Positions 41,743-55,159 of a DNA stretch of 64,000 nt are shown in pieces (position 1 is the stretch's first letter; every line of letters begins with the position of its first letter). Both the position numbers and the translations under genes were made by a program. Where the stretch lies: assembly GCA_964016885.1 (NCBI GenBank), contig CAXHJY010001527.1:1-64000 (forward strand), written 5' to 3'. The stretch comes from Eledone cirrhosa. Taxonomy: Eukaryota. Below the pieces are notes generated by a model. The model was not told the origin of the DNA. It did not search any database and saw only the letters and a program-made list of their open reading frames with translations.

Positions 41743-44218
41743 TAGCGAGAATGTAAGGTTTAAGATAAGATCGCCGTATTTTGGGCATGATTTAACAATA
41801 AACGAAAATACAAGATTTGTTTTGTTTAAGAAATTACGATAGAGAAAATGCGGTGATAGGGAAAATATGATTTTTAGAGAAAAGATATGATATATAATGG
41901 TGAAAATATGATATAGTGTGAAATTAGGACATAGAAGTGATTGAATGAATGGGTTCGAATGGAGAGAAGAATCGAGAAAAAATTGGGCATAATTTAACAA
42001 TAAACGAAAATACAAGTTTTGTTTTGTTTAAGAAATTACGATAGAGAAAATGCGGTGATAGGGAAAATATGATTTTTAGAGAAAAGATATGATATATAAT
42101 GGTGAAAATATGATATAGTGTGAAATTAGGACATAGAAGTGATTGAATGAATGGGTTCGAATGGAGAGAAGAATCGAGAAAAAATTTTGGGCATAATTTA
42201 ACAATAAACGAAAATACAAGATTTGTTTTGTTTAAGAAAATACGGTAGAGAAAATGCGGTGATAGGGGAAATATGATTTTTAGAGAAAAGATATGATATA
42301 TAATGGTGAAAATATGATATAGTGTGAAATTAGGACATAGAAGTGATTGAATGAATGGGTTCGAATGGAGAGAAGAATCGAGAAAAAATTTTGGGCATAA
42401 TTTAACAATAAACGAAAATACAAGATTTGTTTTGTTTAAGAAAATACGGTAGAGAAAATGCGGTGATAGGGGTAATATGATTTTTAGAGAAAAGATATGA
42501 TATATAATGGTGAAAATATGATATAGTGTGAAATTAGGACATAGAAGTGATTGAATGAATGGGTTCGAATGGAGAGAAGAATCGAGAAAAAATTTTGGGC
42601 ATAATTTAACAATAAACGAAAATACAAGATTTGTTTTGTTTAAGAAAATACGGTAGAGAAAATGCGGTGATAGGGGAAATATGATTTTTAGAGAAAAGAT
42701 ATGATATATAATGGTGAAAATATGATATAGTGTGAAATTAGGACATAGAAGTGATTGAATGAATGGGTTCGAATGGAGAGAAGAATCGAGAAAAATTTGA
42801 ACGTTACTTTATACCGAAGGGACCGAAGGGAACAGCCATCCCAGAAATAGCGAGTTGGCGATTTTGATTAATTTTGGTAGGGTTTTATCTTATATGTATA
42901 GAGAGGGAGGGGGTGGGGGGCAGGAACCAGCATGATGAATGGGTAGGGGGTGGAATATGGGATGGAGCAGAGGTTAAAAGTTTAAATAGGTACTCGAAGA
43001 TTTGCGTAAAACTTAGCAAGTTTAACAAATTATATTTAAAGGAATATATAATAGTGATAGCGAGAATGTAAGGTTTAAGATAAGATCGCCGTATTTTGGG
43101 CATGATTTAACAATAAACGAAAATACAAGATTTGTTTTGTTTAAGAAATTACGATAGAGAAAATGCGGTGATAGGGAAAATATGATTTTTAGAGAAAAGA
43201 TATGATATATAATGGTGAAAATATGATATAGTGTGAAATTAGGACATAGAAGTGATGGAGAGAAGAATCGAGAAAAAATTTTGGGCATAATTTAACAATA
43301 AACGAAAATACAAGTTTTGTTTTGTTTAAGAAATTACGATAGAGAAAATGCGGTGATAGGGAAAATATGATTTTTAGAGAAAAGATATGATATATAATGG
43401 TGAAAATATGATATAGTGTGAAATTAGGACATAGAAGTGATTGAACGAATGGGTTCGAATGGAGAGAAGAATCGAGAAAAAATTTTGGGCATAATTTAAC
43501 AATAAACGAAAATACAAGATTTGTTTTGTTTAAGAAAATACGGTAGAGAAAATGCGGTGATAGGGGAAATATGATTTTTAGAGAAAAGATATGATATATA
43601 ATGGTGAAAATATGATATAGTGTGAAATTAGGACATAGAAGTGATTGAATGAATGGGTTCGAATGGAGAGAAGAATCGAGAAAAAATTTTGGGCATAATT
43701 TAACAATAAACGAAAATACAAGATTTGTTTTGTTTAAGAAAATACGGTAGAGAAAATGCGGTGATAGGGGAAATATGATTTTTAGAGAAAAGATATGATA
43801 TATAATGGTGAAAATATGATATAGTGTGAAATTAGGACATAGAAGTGATTGAATGAATGGGTTCGAATGGAGAGAAGAATCGAGAAAAAATTTTGGGCAT
43901 AATTTAACAATAAACGAAAATACAAGATTTGTTTTGTTTAAGAAAATACGGTAGAGAAAATGCGGTGATAGGGGAAATATGATTTTTAGAGAAAAGATAT
44001 GATATATAATGGTGAAAATATGATATAGTGTGAAATTAGGACATAGAAGTGATTGAATGAATGGGTTCGAATGGAGAGAAGAATCGAGAAAAAAAAAATT
44101 GGGCATAATTTAACAATAAACGAAAATACAAGTTTTGTTTTGTATAAACGAAAATACAAGATTTGTTTTGTTTAAGAAAATACGGTAGAGAAAATGCGGT
44201 GATAGGGGAAATATGATT
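41743..44218. repeat. 204-bp tandem repeat in two blocks (41743-42798, ~5 units; 43057-44218, ~5.5 units)
   Basis: Period of 204 bp (68-aa period in ORF 43189-44106); both blocks begin with TAGCGAGAATGTAAGGTTTAAGATAAGATCGCC. Confidence 0.95.
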
Positions 44219-44298
44219 TATATATATATATACATTAAGACAATGTCACTGGACCGAGATCTTTGGTGCTACTCAGTAATACAGTTTATCTTGGAGTA

Positions 44299-47200
44299 AT
44301 AAAATTGAAAAAGTGGAGAATAACATGGTCAACAGTACAAAAAAGGGGATTTATTTACAGTCTAACAATTGTTTCACTGATAGAGTTGTCTAAACATTGA
44401 TGAACACTAACAGCAGTGCCACTCAATTTTAAACACGATGTTAGCTCTATCAGATCTTCGGAAACTGTTAAAAATTTATGTATATGTAACGGGCAAATTT
44501 ACAAATTCAAATTATATCATCAATAATTATATTAATAATAAATATATAGAGAGAAAAGGAGGAAGAAAGGGAGATAGATACAGTAAAGAAAGAAAGGAAA
44601 GGAAGGAGAAAGAAGAAGGAAAAAGAAAAAGGAGAAATTATTATAGATAGAAATATAAAGAGAAGATATATAGAAGACTAGCAGTGGTACCCGGCGTTGC
44701 ACGGGATAAGGTATTTTTGAATGCGGGCCACCAACAAACCTAATCGTGGAAAAACTGCATGCCCGGACAATATGTAAAGAAAATAAACCGAATACTCTGA
44801 TGGCTGGATAATCTTTAAGATGTTCCTTGATGAAGCAGGAAACTTGCAGGTTTTCATCTAATGCGGGCCCTGGGGGATCAAGAAAATGAATATTTTTATG
44901 TGCATAATATGACTTGAAATTTCAGGAAAATCAGCTAGACATAACGCCTCCAAAAAGCCCTAAGAAGCTGAAAAAATGAAGTTTTTCACCTAATGCGGGC
45001 CCTAGGAGATAAAAAAAAAAGTCGAATTTTTTAATGTGCATAACACTCCCTGAAACATAAGTAATACACATGTAAAGTTTGAAAAAAATCAGTTGGGAAC
45101 TTCTTGATTTTTATGGATTCAAACTCACAGACACACATACACAGACATCCTCAGGGAAGTGACGTAATGCAGACAGCCAGACATACAGACAGATATTATA
45201 AGGGCGCGACGTTATATGTATGTATCTATTTAAAAAGAGAAAGACTAGAAATTATAGAGAGAGATCGCTAAATCGCATAATGCGGTCCCTAGGACATTGA
45301 AAATTTGAAATTGTTTTTGCTCAGAACACTCCCTGAAACATAAGTATTACATGTATAAAGTTTGAAAACAGTCGGTTTGGTGGTTCTCGAGTTTTAGGGA
45401 TTCGAACTCACACACACAGACATACTCAGTTTTATATATATATAGATGATGGTAGATAGAAGAGAGACAAACATAAGTAAAAATACCATAGGATAGAAAG
45501 AAGAATAGAGGGACAAATAAATGAATAAACGTTAATATATGAATAAATGTAAATAAAAAAAAAAATAGATATATAAAAAAATATATTTTTAAAAATAAAT
45601 ACATAAATAAATTATATCTAATGTGATATAAAATGGTATAAACAAATTAATTAGTTTTAAGTTATATTATATGATCAAATAAAATGACAGAGATGAAATA
45701 AATTTAGGGAGAGAAATATAAAGATAGAGAGTGAAAAATAAAGATATATAATATAAGAATGTAAATATAAGAGTTTTTGATGTTGTTCTTTGATAGATGA
45801 TGACAATTATAATTATAATGATGATTATGTTAATAATGTGATATCATAATAGATCCAAGTGGTACAATGTGGGTTATGGAATAGAAAAGATGGAATTAAG
45901 CTGGTCTAAAATTCTCAAATTTAGTTGCTGTTTTGTGTCGACAAAAAATAGTGTTTTCAATTTTACTGCTAAGAAGAATTTTTATGCAATTTAAAATTTG
46001 GAAAAGTTCCATATTACAGAGACCAAGTGGGACATACCAATTTGATAAGCCTTTGCGTTTGATAGCTTTGTCCAGCTGATTTTATATTCCATGTTTGCAT
46101 CTTTGAGTTGCCAGATTTTATTGGTGAGAGTTGTTGTATTTGAGATATTCCTGTTAGTCATAGAGTGTCTATGTACGTACCACCTTTTCTAAAACTCCCC
46201 AGCTGTGGAACCAATGTAATGCCATGCTAAGCTACCTGAATTTATAGTACATAGGTATACTATATTTGTCTCTAGGCATCTATTTTGTAAAGGGCATTTG
46301 TCAGGTAGATGGCAGTTACATTTAGATGCTTTTCTATGTGCCGGTTCTTCTATATGGTTTTGTAGGTTGCTATGTATGGGCTGAGAATTAGGTTTGTTGA
46401 TGTATTGTGGTGATGTGCTCTAACGTGTGTTTGGTTGTGATGATGTTATATGCTTATGTTTTGTATTAGGTGTTATGGTACTTATTTGCGGGCCACTTGT
46501 ATTATAAATTCTTTTATAGTTAATTTTATGTATGTGCGATAAAATGTTGTTGGCAGTGGAGTATGATAGTTTGATAGTTTTTCTATTAAAGATTTTATGA
46601 TATTTATGAATTTTAGGGAAATGTTTGTCAAATAATTTGAACAAAGTGTAAGGTAGCTTAGTTTTTATAGAGGAGTTAAACATTGGATTGAACCATAAGT
46701 AGTTTCTATTTCTGCATCTTCTATAGTTATTAGTGCTCTCTGTATTAGTATTCTGTTCTTTTAATTTACGTGCTTGTTGCCATTTTTTATGCTTAGTCCT
46801 AGGTTTGTTGTTTCTATAGGTGTGGATGGTGCTATTAATATTAAGTGTGTTGTTATTTTTTGTATCTGGTATGTATTTGAGTATCTCTTTATGGCCTACC
46901 TTAAGTAAAACTATGTTGTAGTAGTTAGCGTGTTCATTAAACATTTCTATGTTAGAAGATAGGTGCGAGATTCTAAGGAATATACTATGTGCTATGGAGT
47001 TAATTATGGATTGAGGGTGATTATAGTTATAATCAATGTAAGCTAAATTTTCATTATTTTTATGGAAGGGTTCTATTAGTCCTGAGTTAAGGTTGAGCAA
47101 TACATCTAAGAAGTTAGCTTTTTTAGAGTTGGGTTCAAAAGTGATGTTAAGGCCTAAATTATTAAAGAATTTTCTAATCATTTTCCTTAATCTTTCTAAG

Positions 47201-48285
47201 TTTTGATTATTTAAGTTTTTAGCTTAAAAGTAGTGTATCGTCTCTATAGATTCCTCCTTGTAGGTTATCAAATTCCCTATGTAAGAAATGTGCTATATAA
47301 ATTCCAACAATGTCTGTAATTTGGGCTGAATCATTTGATCCCATAGTTATATGAAAGTGATTCTGTCTATTTTTTCGCTCCCAATAACTATTGTCGAATT
47401 TAATGATTGTTCTTCTAGCAGCTAGTATTATTTTAATTTCATCTGGTGAATGGTCAGAGTTTTTTTGTGCAAAGGATAGTACCTTATTTAGGGTAACTGG
47501 GGAAATAGAAGAGTAGTAGTCATTTAAGTCAAATTGTATAAAGTCGTGAGATTCACTATTGTCTAATTCATTAAACCAATCTACTGCTTCATTTGTGTTA
47601 CCCCAGAGCTTGATTATTAGTTGTTCTTTAATTTGTGGTATTATTCTATCTAGTATAAACTTGCTAATTCTGTCTATATCTGATTTTGATGGACATATTA
47701 ATCTAATAGTAGGGTTAGTTTCGAAGTTACATTTATGATCCTTCAGATTAAAAGTGGGTTTACAAGAGGTTAGAGGTTCTGTTCTATCGGATATTTTAAG
47801 TTTTTTTACTATGTTAAGACCTTCTTTGTTAATGCTTTTGAGTGTAGCCGCTGTAGTTTTCTTGTATTTTTTATGTAATTCCTGGCATATAAAATTGTTG
47901 TATGTATTAAGGCTCATGGTGTATACATTTGATGTTTTGTCTACCTTTACTATAATATATACGTCTTCTTTCTCCTTCCTTTCCTTTCTTTCTTTACTGT
48001 ATCTGTCTCCCTTTCTTCCTCCTTTTCTCTCTATATCTTTATTATTAATATTATTATTGATGATGTAATTTGAATTTGTAAATTTGCCGGTTACATATAT
48101 ATATATATTTTTTTAACAGTTTCCGAAGATCTGATAGAGCTAACATTGGATTTAAAATTGAGTGGCACTGCTTTTAGAGTTCAGCAATATTTAGACAACT
48201 TTATCAGCGAAACAATTGTTAGACTGCAAATAAATCCCCTTTTTTGTACTGTTGACCATGTTTTTCTCCACTTTTTCAATTTTAA
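44299..48285 (-). mobile_element. Penelope-like element (RT + GIY-YIG), decayed, with inverted ~320-bp terminal repeats (44299-44617 / 47964-48285)
   Basis: RT motifs PTIRLICP, QFDLNDYYSSI, ITMGS, IYRDD, ANFLDV, LWFNPMF; GIY-YIG 'TNIVYLC...WHYIGST' at ~46200-46270 (-). Confidence 0.85.
44677..45447 (+). mobile_element. Non-autonomous Helentron/DINE-1-like element
   Basis: 5' ACTAG..CCCGGCGTTGCACGGG hairpin, (CAGA)/(CA) repeats, 3' TTTTATATATAGAT. Related copies at 22981-23165, 32305-32485, 58015-59160. Confidence 0.55.
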
Positions 48286-48502
48286 ATATAATATATATAT
48301 ATAACCGGACGGTTGTTCATATATTGTCAAAGTTCTTTCGTCACACATTCTGTGACACAAAACACACAAAAACAAGATGGCATAGGACAGAACAAAGGAG
48401 AGGCACAAAACAAAGAAAAGTATCCTCAGTCACTGAAGAGGTCACAGTATATATATATTAATTCAAAATATTAACAAAAATAGACCTTCGTGTGATCAAG
48501 TA

Positions 48503-48569
48503 TATTTTATTATACATATTTCAGAGGTACTGAGCTAACTTCAACAGTATGTCCTCATCAGATAAAATA
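48503..48569 (-). ncRNA. Minimal type-I hammerhead ribozyme
   Basis: TATTTTAT-CTGATGA-GGACATACTG..CAGTACCTCT-GAAA-TATGTA-TA-ATAAAATA; perfect 8-bp stem I, imperfect base of stem II. Confidence 0.65.
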
Positions 48570-49963
48570 AGATTCGGTCATGGTAGTGAATAAGATATGA
48601 CAAAACTCAATATTTATATACCTTAAGATTGAGACATGAAAAAACTTACATATAATACAGAGGGTGCGTTTGAGAAAGCTTAAAAATAGATAATAGCAAT
48701 TTACATAACTGTTAGAGATTCAAATAATTTAAATTATTGAAGAAAGACAGAGAGAAATAGATGAGGGGAGAATATAGTTACTAGAAGTATAGAAAGCAAA
48801 AGAGAATTGATGAAGGATAGAGAGACAAGGAGGAATAATTTTTATAGTATAAAGCATAGGGAGGTTTGTATTGTCTTGGATGAATAGGGTGTGATTAGAT
48901 AATGCAAACATTTTATATATCTATACAAACACATGATTATACATTTGGGCATAGCTTTGTGAAAGAGTAAACTTTAATCTTTGAATTATTGAATTATCTA
49001 GAAGTATCTATCAATCTAAATATTAAATATATCTGGGTGTAATTATATGAGGGTTTAACTTCGAGTCCTTAGTTAATTAGAAATATACTAACAATTAATT
49101 ATATAGACTATATATATCCAAAGGTATCCGGCTGACCGTTAAATTTCAAATCATTTAAGTTAGTTCAGAATGATGAATTAATCAAAATGTATAATATTTC
49201 AGGCTATAAAAGTTTATAAATATCTATATTAATATTAAAGTATACTATATTAAAGTATACTATTTTATTTATAAAATCCTATTTAAAGTATTTGCAAACA
49301 TGAGAAAGAAGACTTAATATTTTCATCCTCACGAAGGTAATCCATATTAAATTATATTATTTTATATTATATTAAAAATAATTCACATTATATAATTTAG
49401 AAAATAATTACAGTTATAACTTTAAAAATTCATATAATTACACCCAGATATATTTAATATTTAGATTGATGGATACTTCTAGATAATTCAATAATTCAAA
49501 GATTCGAATTTACTCTTTCGCAAAGCTATCTATGCCCAAATGTATAATCATGTGTTTGTATAGAGATATAACATTTTTGCATTATCTAATCACACCCTAT
49601 TCATCCAAGACAATACAAACCTCCCTCCCTATGCTTTATACTATAAAAATTATTCCTCCTTGTCTCTCTATCCTTGATCAATTCTCTTTTGCTTTCTATA
49701 CTTCTAGTAACTATATTCTCCCCTCATCTATTTCTCTCTGTCTTTCTTCTTTCTTCAATAATTTAAATTATTTGAATCTCTAACAATTATGTAAATTGCT
49801 ATTATCTATTTTTAAGCTTTCTCACACGCACCCTCTGTATTATATGTAAGTTTTTTCATGTCTCAATCTTAAGGTATATAAATATTGAGTTTTATCATAT
49901 CTTATTCACTACCATGACTGAATCTTAACCATCTACTATGTCAGGGTATGCCATGCATCATCT

Positions 49964-50030
49964 TATTTTAGCTGATGAGGACATACTGTTGAAGTTAGCT
50001 CAGTACCTCTGAAATATGTATAATAAAATA
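49964..50030 (+). ncRNA. Minimal type-I hammerhead ribozyme, inverted copy
   Basis: Same motif with one stem-I mismatch next to the core. Confidence 0.55.
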
Positions 50031-50214
50031 TACTTAATCACATGAAGGTCTATTTTTGTTAATATTTTGAATTAATATTAATAACTCCGGAAAACCCTAA
50101 CTGTTGAGTGCTTCCAATCTATTGTAAAACTCATTCTTTGATTTATTCATTGAACCTTGTTTAACCTTTAAATATATATATATACATACAATAATATATA
50201 TATATATACAATAA

Positions 50215-52345
50215 TATCAGCTTACACACCCCAATTGGGGTTGCCAGACGAACTTAAGGATAGGTTTTACGAGTACCTAACGCACACTACTGCTCTAACA
50301 AATGACAATGATTTCCTAATTATCGCATGAGATTTCAACAGACACGTAGGTAAACACTGTGATGGCTTCAATAGAGTCCATGGAGGCCACGGGGTTGGCA
50401 CAAGAAATGAGGAAGGATTCAGACTTCTAGAATTCTGCGACGCCAATGACATGTCGATATGTAACACAAACTTCAAAAAACCCGACAACCACCTGATCAC
50501 CTATAGATCAGGGGAGCACTCTAGTCAGATAGATTCTATCCTCATCAGAGGACGTGGCAGATGGACGGTTGTAAACACAAAAGCCTTCCCTAGTGAGGAA
50601 TGTACCTCCCAATTTAGCTTAGTTGTCAGCGACCTCACAGTCAGAACTAGATGAACCTGGAAACAGAGGCCAACCTGGAGAAGAAAGATCTGAAAGCTGA
50701 AAGACCCCTAGGCCAGTAACAGATTTAAAGATATTTTACTCAATGCCTACGACAGTAAAGAAGAACAGATACAGACATTCAATGTAGAAGAGCACTGGGA
50801 GTTTCTAAAAAATAACTTACTAGAGGTGACGGATGAGGTTTGTGGCTGGAGTAAGACCACAAGCAGGAGGAGAGTGACTTGGTGGTGGAACAATAAGGTA
50901 GATGAGGCAGTTAAGGCCAAGAGACAGGCATGGAAAGAGTGGAAAAACGGGGGAAGCAGGGTACATTACATAGAGACCAGGAGGGAAGCTAGGCGACAAG
51001 TATACTTAGCTAGCAGGGAAGCAGAGGATAGGAAAATTCAAGCATGTTTTGCAATGTGAGGACCAGAAACAGGAGGTATTCAAGATTGCGAGGCAGTGTG
51101 TCAGAGATAGTTGTGATGTCATTGGAGAGAAGTGTATCTGGATTGATAAAGGTGAGCTTGCCCTCACAAGTGCTGAGAAGAGAGATGCATGGAAGAGCCA
51201 TTATGATAGATTACTAAATGAGGAGAATGCATGGGAAGAAGAGACCCTACCCCAAGTAGACCCTATAGAGGGACCAGCAGTACAAGTCAGCAGCAGCGTA
51301 GTAAGTAAGGCAATCAAAGATATGAAGATGGGGAAGGCAACCGGTCCATCGGCTATAGCTGCTGAGATGCTGAAGGCATCTGGGTCTGTAGTTCACACTA
51401 TAACCACACGTATCGTTAACCAGGTAATACTAGAAGGTGTCATACCAAAAGATTGGTGCAGTAGCATCATTGTCAACTGCTACAAAGGTAAAGGTGATGC
51501 ACTAGATAGAGGAAACTATAGAGGTATAAAGCTGATGGACCAGGTCATGAAAGTAACAGAAAGAGTTATAGCACAGTTGATTAGGAACCTCAAAATGAAA
51601 GGCAGACTGTATGTTGCGTGTATCCGAACAGCAATGTTACATGGTAGTGAGACCAGGGCACTGAAGGTGGAAGACTTACGTAGATTAGAAAGAAACGAAG
51701 CCTGCATGCTCCGATGGATGTGTAATAGTAATATATGCGAACGGCAAAGCATAAATGAATTGAGAGAGAGACTGAGCATAAGAGGAATCAAATGATGTGT
51801 GCAGGGGAGGCGGTTGCGTTGGTATGGACATGTGATGCGTAAGAAGGATGACAGATGCATAAAAAGGTGCAGAGCACTAGAAGTCAATGGAAACCGCGGA
51901 GTGGGGAGACCCAAGAAGACCTGGGATGAGGTGATAAAAGCCGACCTTACCCAATTACACCTCTCAAAGGTGATGACACGACCGTAACCTCTGGCGTCAC
52001 GCAGTAATACAGAGTACCCGTCCTCCCATGGGTACAAGCTGAAGCATATAGACAATATGCCCCCACACCCACCCACTGCAAAGTGGTCGTGGAGGTGCCA
52101 TGGCAAAAAAGCACTCAGCCCACACTGTAAAGTGGACGTGTAGGCGCCAGGGAAAAAAGCACCCAACACTCACTGTAAATGAGGTTGGTGTTAGGAAGGG
52201 CATCCAGCTGTAGAAATCAAGCCAAAATTAGTTCCTGTATGAGCAAGGCATGGTCAGCTGACCAGACACTGCAGGTTGTCCACAACAGGACAACCCGTCT
52301 AACCCATGCTAGCATGGAAGAACGGACGTAAAACGCTGATGATGA
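50215..52345 (+). mobile_element. Decayed RTE LINE with internal deletion of the RT core and PHD
   Basis: APE-linker-RT start, then jumps from ..VIAQLIR to NLKMKGRLY; 3' UTR and (GAT)n tail. Confidence 0.85.
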
Positions 52346-52516
52346 TATATATTTGGTTTGCAAGGTTTTTGATATGAAATCGTGTCAAAACAAATATTGT
52401 TATACTTGGGGAGGGTCATATTGTTGTAATAATATTGCCAGAATTAATAACAGAACACACTGTTTGGTTGGTTTTCGCTTCTGTATCTTTTATATCAGTT
52501 AATTTATTCAGTCCTG

Positions 52517-52587
52517 AAAGAATCGCTGCTTTCACATTTAATGAGATCTTCAGAAGATCCCGTTAAGGGTGAAAGCAGCGATTCTTT
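52517..52587. repeat. 71-bp almost spacer-less palindrome
   Basis: AAAGAATCGCTGCTTTCAC..GATCTTC-A-GAAGATC..GTGAAAGCAGCGATTCTTT. Confidence 0.85.
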
Positions 52588-52726
52588 GCTTAAACTTTAA
52601 TCTGTTATTTTAATAAATATTTGCTCTACGGTTCTTATATATTTGATATATATTTATCCTTATCGAGCCTTCTTTGGATTTTAGTCTTCAAATTTATTAT
52701 TACTATATAAATATATATATATAAAT

Positions 52727-52783
<57 letters not shown>

Positions 52784-52784
52784 T

Positions 52785-54410
52785 AAGGTAAAGGGGATGC
52801 TCTGGAGAGGAACAATTATAGGGGCATAAAGCTGATGGATCAGGTTATGAAAGTGGCAGAGAGAATATTAGCGCAGCTGATTAGAGAAAGGGTCAGACCA
52901 GATGAGATGCAGTTTGGTTTTGTGCCTCGGAAAAGTACAACAGATGCCCTCTTCTTAGTGAGGCAACTATAAGAGAGGTTCTTAGAGAAGAATAAGCCAC
53001 TATACTTAGCTTTTGTTGACCTAGGGAAGGCCTTTGATAGGGTAACCCAATCTGTCATCTGATGGTCCCTATGGAAACTAGGTGTAGATGAATAGCTTGT
53101 GAGGACAGTGCAAGCTATGTACAGGGGTGCTGTCAGTAAAGTGAGAATAGGAATGGAGTTTAGTGAGGAATTCCAGATACAAGCAGGTGTACATCAAGGT
53201 TCGGTCCTCAGCCCTCTCTTGTTTATTATAGTACTCCAAGCTATAACAGAAGAGTTTAAGACTGGATGCCCATGGGAACTTCTCTATGCTGATGATCTGG
53301 TTCTTATAGCAGAATCAGTTGAGGAGCTAGAGAATAAATTCTGGCTATGGAAACAGCAGTTGGAATCAAGAGGCCTGAGAGTGAACATAGCTTAAACAAA
53401 AGTGTTGATCAGTAGAAAAGAGGACAATACTCTGATTCCATCAGGGAAATGGCCATGTTCGATATGTGGGAAAGGAACTGGCATAAATTCCATAAAATGT
53501 ACGCAATGCAGATCTTGGGTAAACAAGAGATATAGTGGGATAGCAGGCAGACCATCAGGTAGGGAAAACTAAGTATGCAGTAGATGTACAGGGAAAGTTG
53601 GAAGTAGTAATCGCAGTGATAGACACATTTTTCAAATGCAGGTAGTTTCTATAAAAGTGGTTGATAGCTTCCGGTACCAAGGTGATCAGATTAGCATCAG
53701 AGGGGGGTATTCCGAGGCCATAGTATCTAGAATAAGGAAGGGTTGGAAGAAGTTTAGGGAGCTGCTTTCTCTGTTGACAAAGAAGGGTTTCTCCCTGCAT
53801 ACGAGAGGACGGTTATATGATGCCTGTTTGAGATGCGCGATGCTGCATGGTAGTAAGACATGGGCAGCAACTGCAAAGGATATGCGACAGTTGGAGAGAA
53901 ATGAAGCAAGCTTGCTCCATTGGATGTGCAATGTCAACATATGCGAACGACCAAACATAGACGAGTTGAGAAGGAAACTAGGTATTAGAGGGATAAGTTG
54001 TGGTGTGCAGGAGAGAAGACTGAGATGGTATGGACATGTGATGTGCATGGAGGATTACTGCTGGGTAAAGAAGTGCCAAGAAATACCAGTTGAAGGTAGA
54101 CACAGTAGAGGAAGACCACGACAAACATGGGCGGAGGTGGGGAGAGCAGACCTCAGATCACTGAAACTCACCGAGGAGATGACGGAGGACCGTGACAAGT
54201 GGAGAGATACTGTGCTGAGTAAGACCCGTCCCACCCTTGCAAGCTGATCCGTCAGTTTTATACCCCTATAATTGCTCCTCTCCAGAGTATCCCCTTTACC
54301 TTTGTAGCAATTTATGTGACTACTGTCACATAAAGTGGAGAGATGCTGAATAGGACTTATCCCACCCTTGCAAGCAGGGAAATACGGCCGTAAAATGATG
54401 ATGATGATAT
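52785..54410 (+). mobile_element. 5'-truncated RTE LINE, mirror of 15405-16882
   Basis: RT motifs including LLYADDL; an inverted piece of its own 5' end sits at ~54247-54320, followed by a duplicated 3' tail. Confidence 0.88.
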
Positions 54411-55159
54411 ATATATATATACTATATATACTAGTATTCAAATGTTCAGGGAGAGACCGATAACATTGTTAGAACTCATTGCAGCCTTGAAGAGATGGTT
54501 TCCACAAGATTGGGTGATGAAAGTTATAGTTTTTGTAGTAGGATCTCATCACATAAGGTTCCTTCAAAGATTCCTCTAGAGTTACAGTCATTTATATATA
54601 TGTGTGTTTTGAACAATGAAAGTAAAACTAGAGACAAAGATATGTTCTTAATTAGTTCACTGTTTTACGATCATTTCAGAGGTTTGATTGATCATGGTAG
54701 ATTGTTATATTGACAAACAGGTAGTTGTTATGTCACTAACTATTTCTAGTCTCAAAATCCCTGATCAATCACACCATATCAATATATTGATTTACCATGA
54801 TCAATCAACCCTCTGAAACGATAGTAAAACAATGAACCATATCTCAGACTTTTGTTTTATTTTAAATGTTCAATACCCACAAACACATATATAATTGACA
54901 ATTTCTTTGGAATACTTGATGAGATTTGGGGCTGGAACAAAGTATCAGCCAGACAGAGGGAGACCTAGTGGTGAAACAGCACAGTAGATAGAGCTATTAA
55001 CCCTGTAGCATTTACATTACTCTATATTTATTATTATATTTTCATGGTAAAGTCTTTATCTCACATAATATTGAATCTATGAGACTTTGATATTACTTAT
55101 TTTGAGGACAATACATTAACATCAATATGAGCAGCGAGTTACAGCCAGTTTGAACAGAA

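Larger units (their letters stand above)
37919..44218 (-). mobile_element. Full-length RTE-clade LINE with 5' tandem monomer array, 3' UTR and (TGA)n tail
   Basis: Inserted in the TA tract mirroring 17405-17460; the mirror sequence resumes at 44225 (CATTAAGACAATGTCACTGGACCGAG). Confidence 0.88.
48455..50078. mobile_element. 1.6-kb fold-back element (arms ~48455-49050 and ~49432-50078), probably derived from a Penelope pseudo-LTR
   Basis: Arms are reverse complements; each carries a hammerhead motif. Confidence 0.8.

Noticed and set aside
44299-48285. Telomere-maintaining (Athena-like) Penelope element
   Set aside because: It has a GIY-YIG endonuclease, carries no telomeric repeats and lies 33 kb from the array.
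48425-48447. CTGAAGA hammerhead split by the fold-back insertion (GAAA at ~50090)
   Set aside because: Reconstructed stems pair poorly; too speculative.
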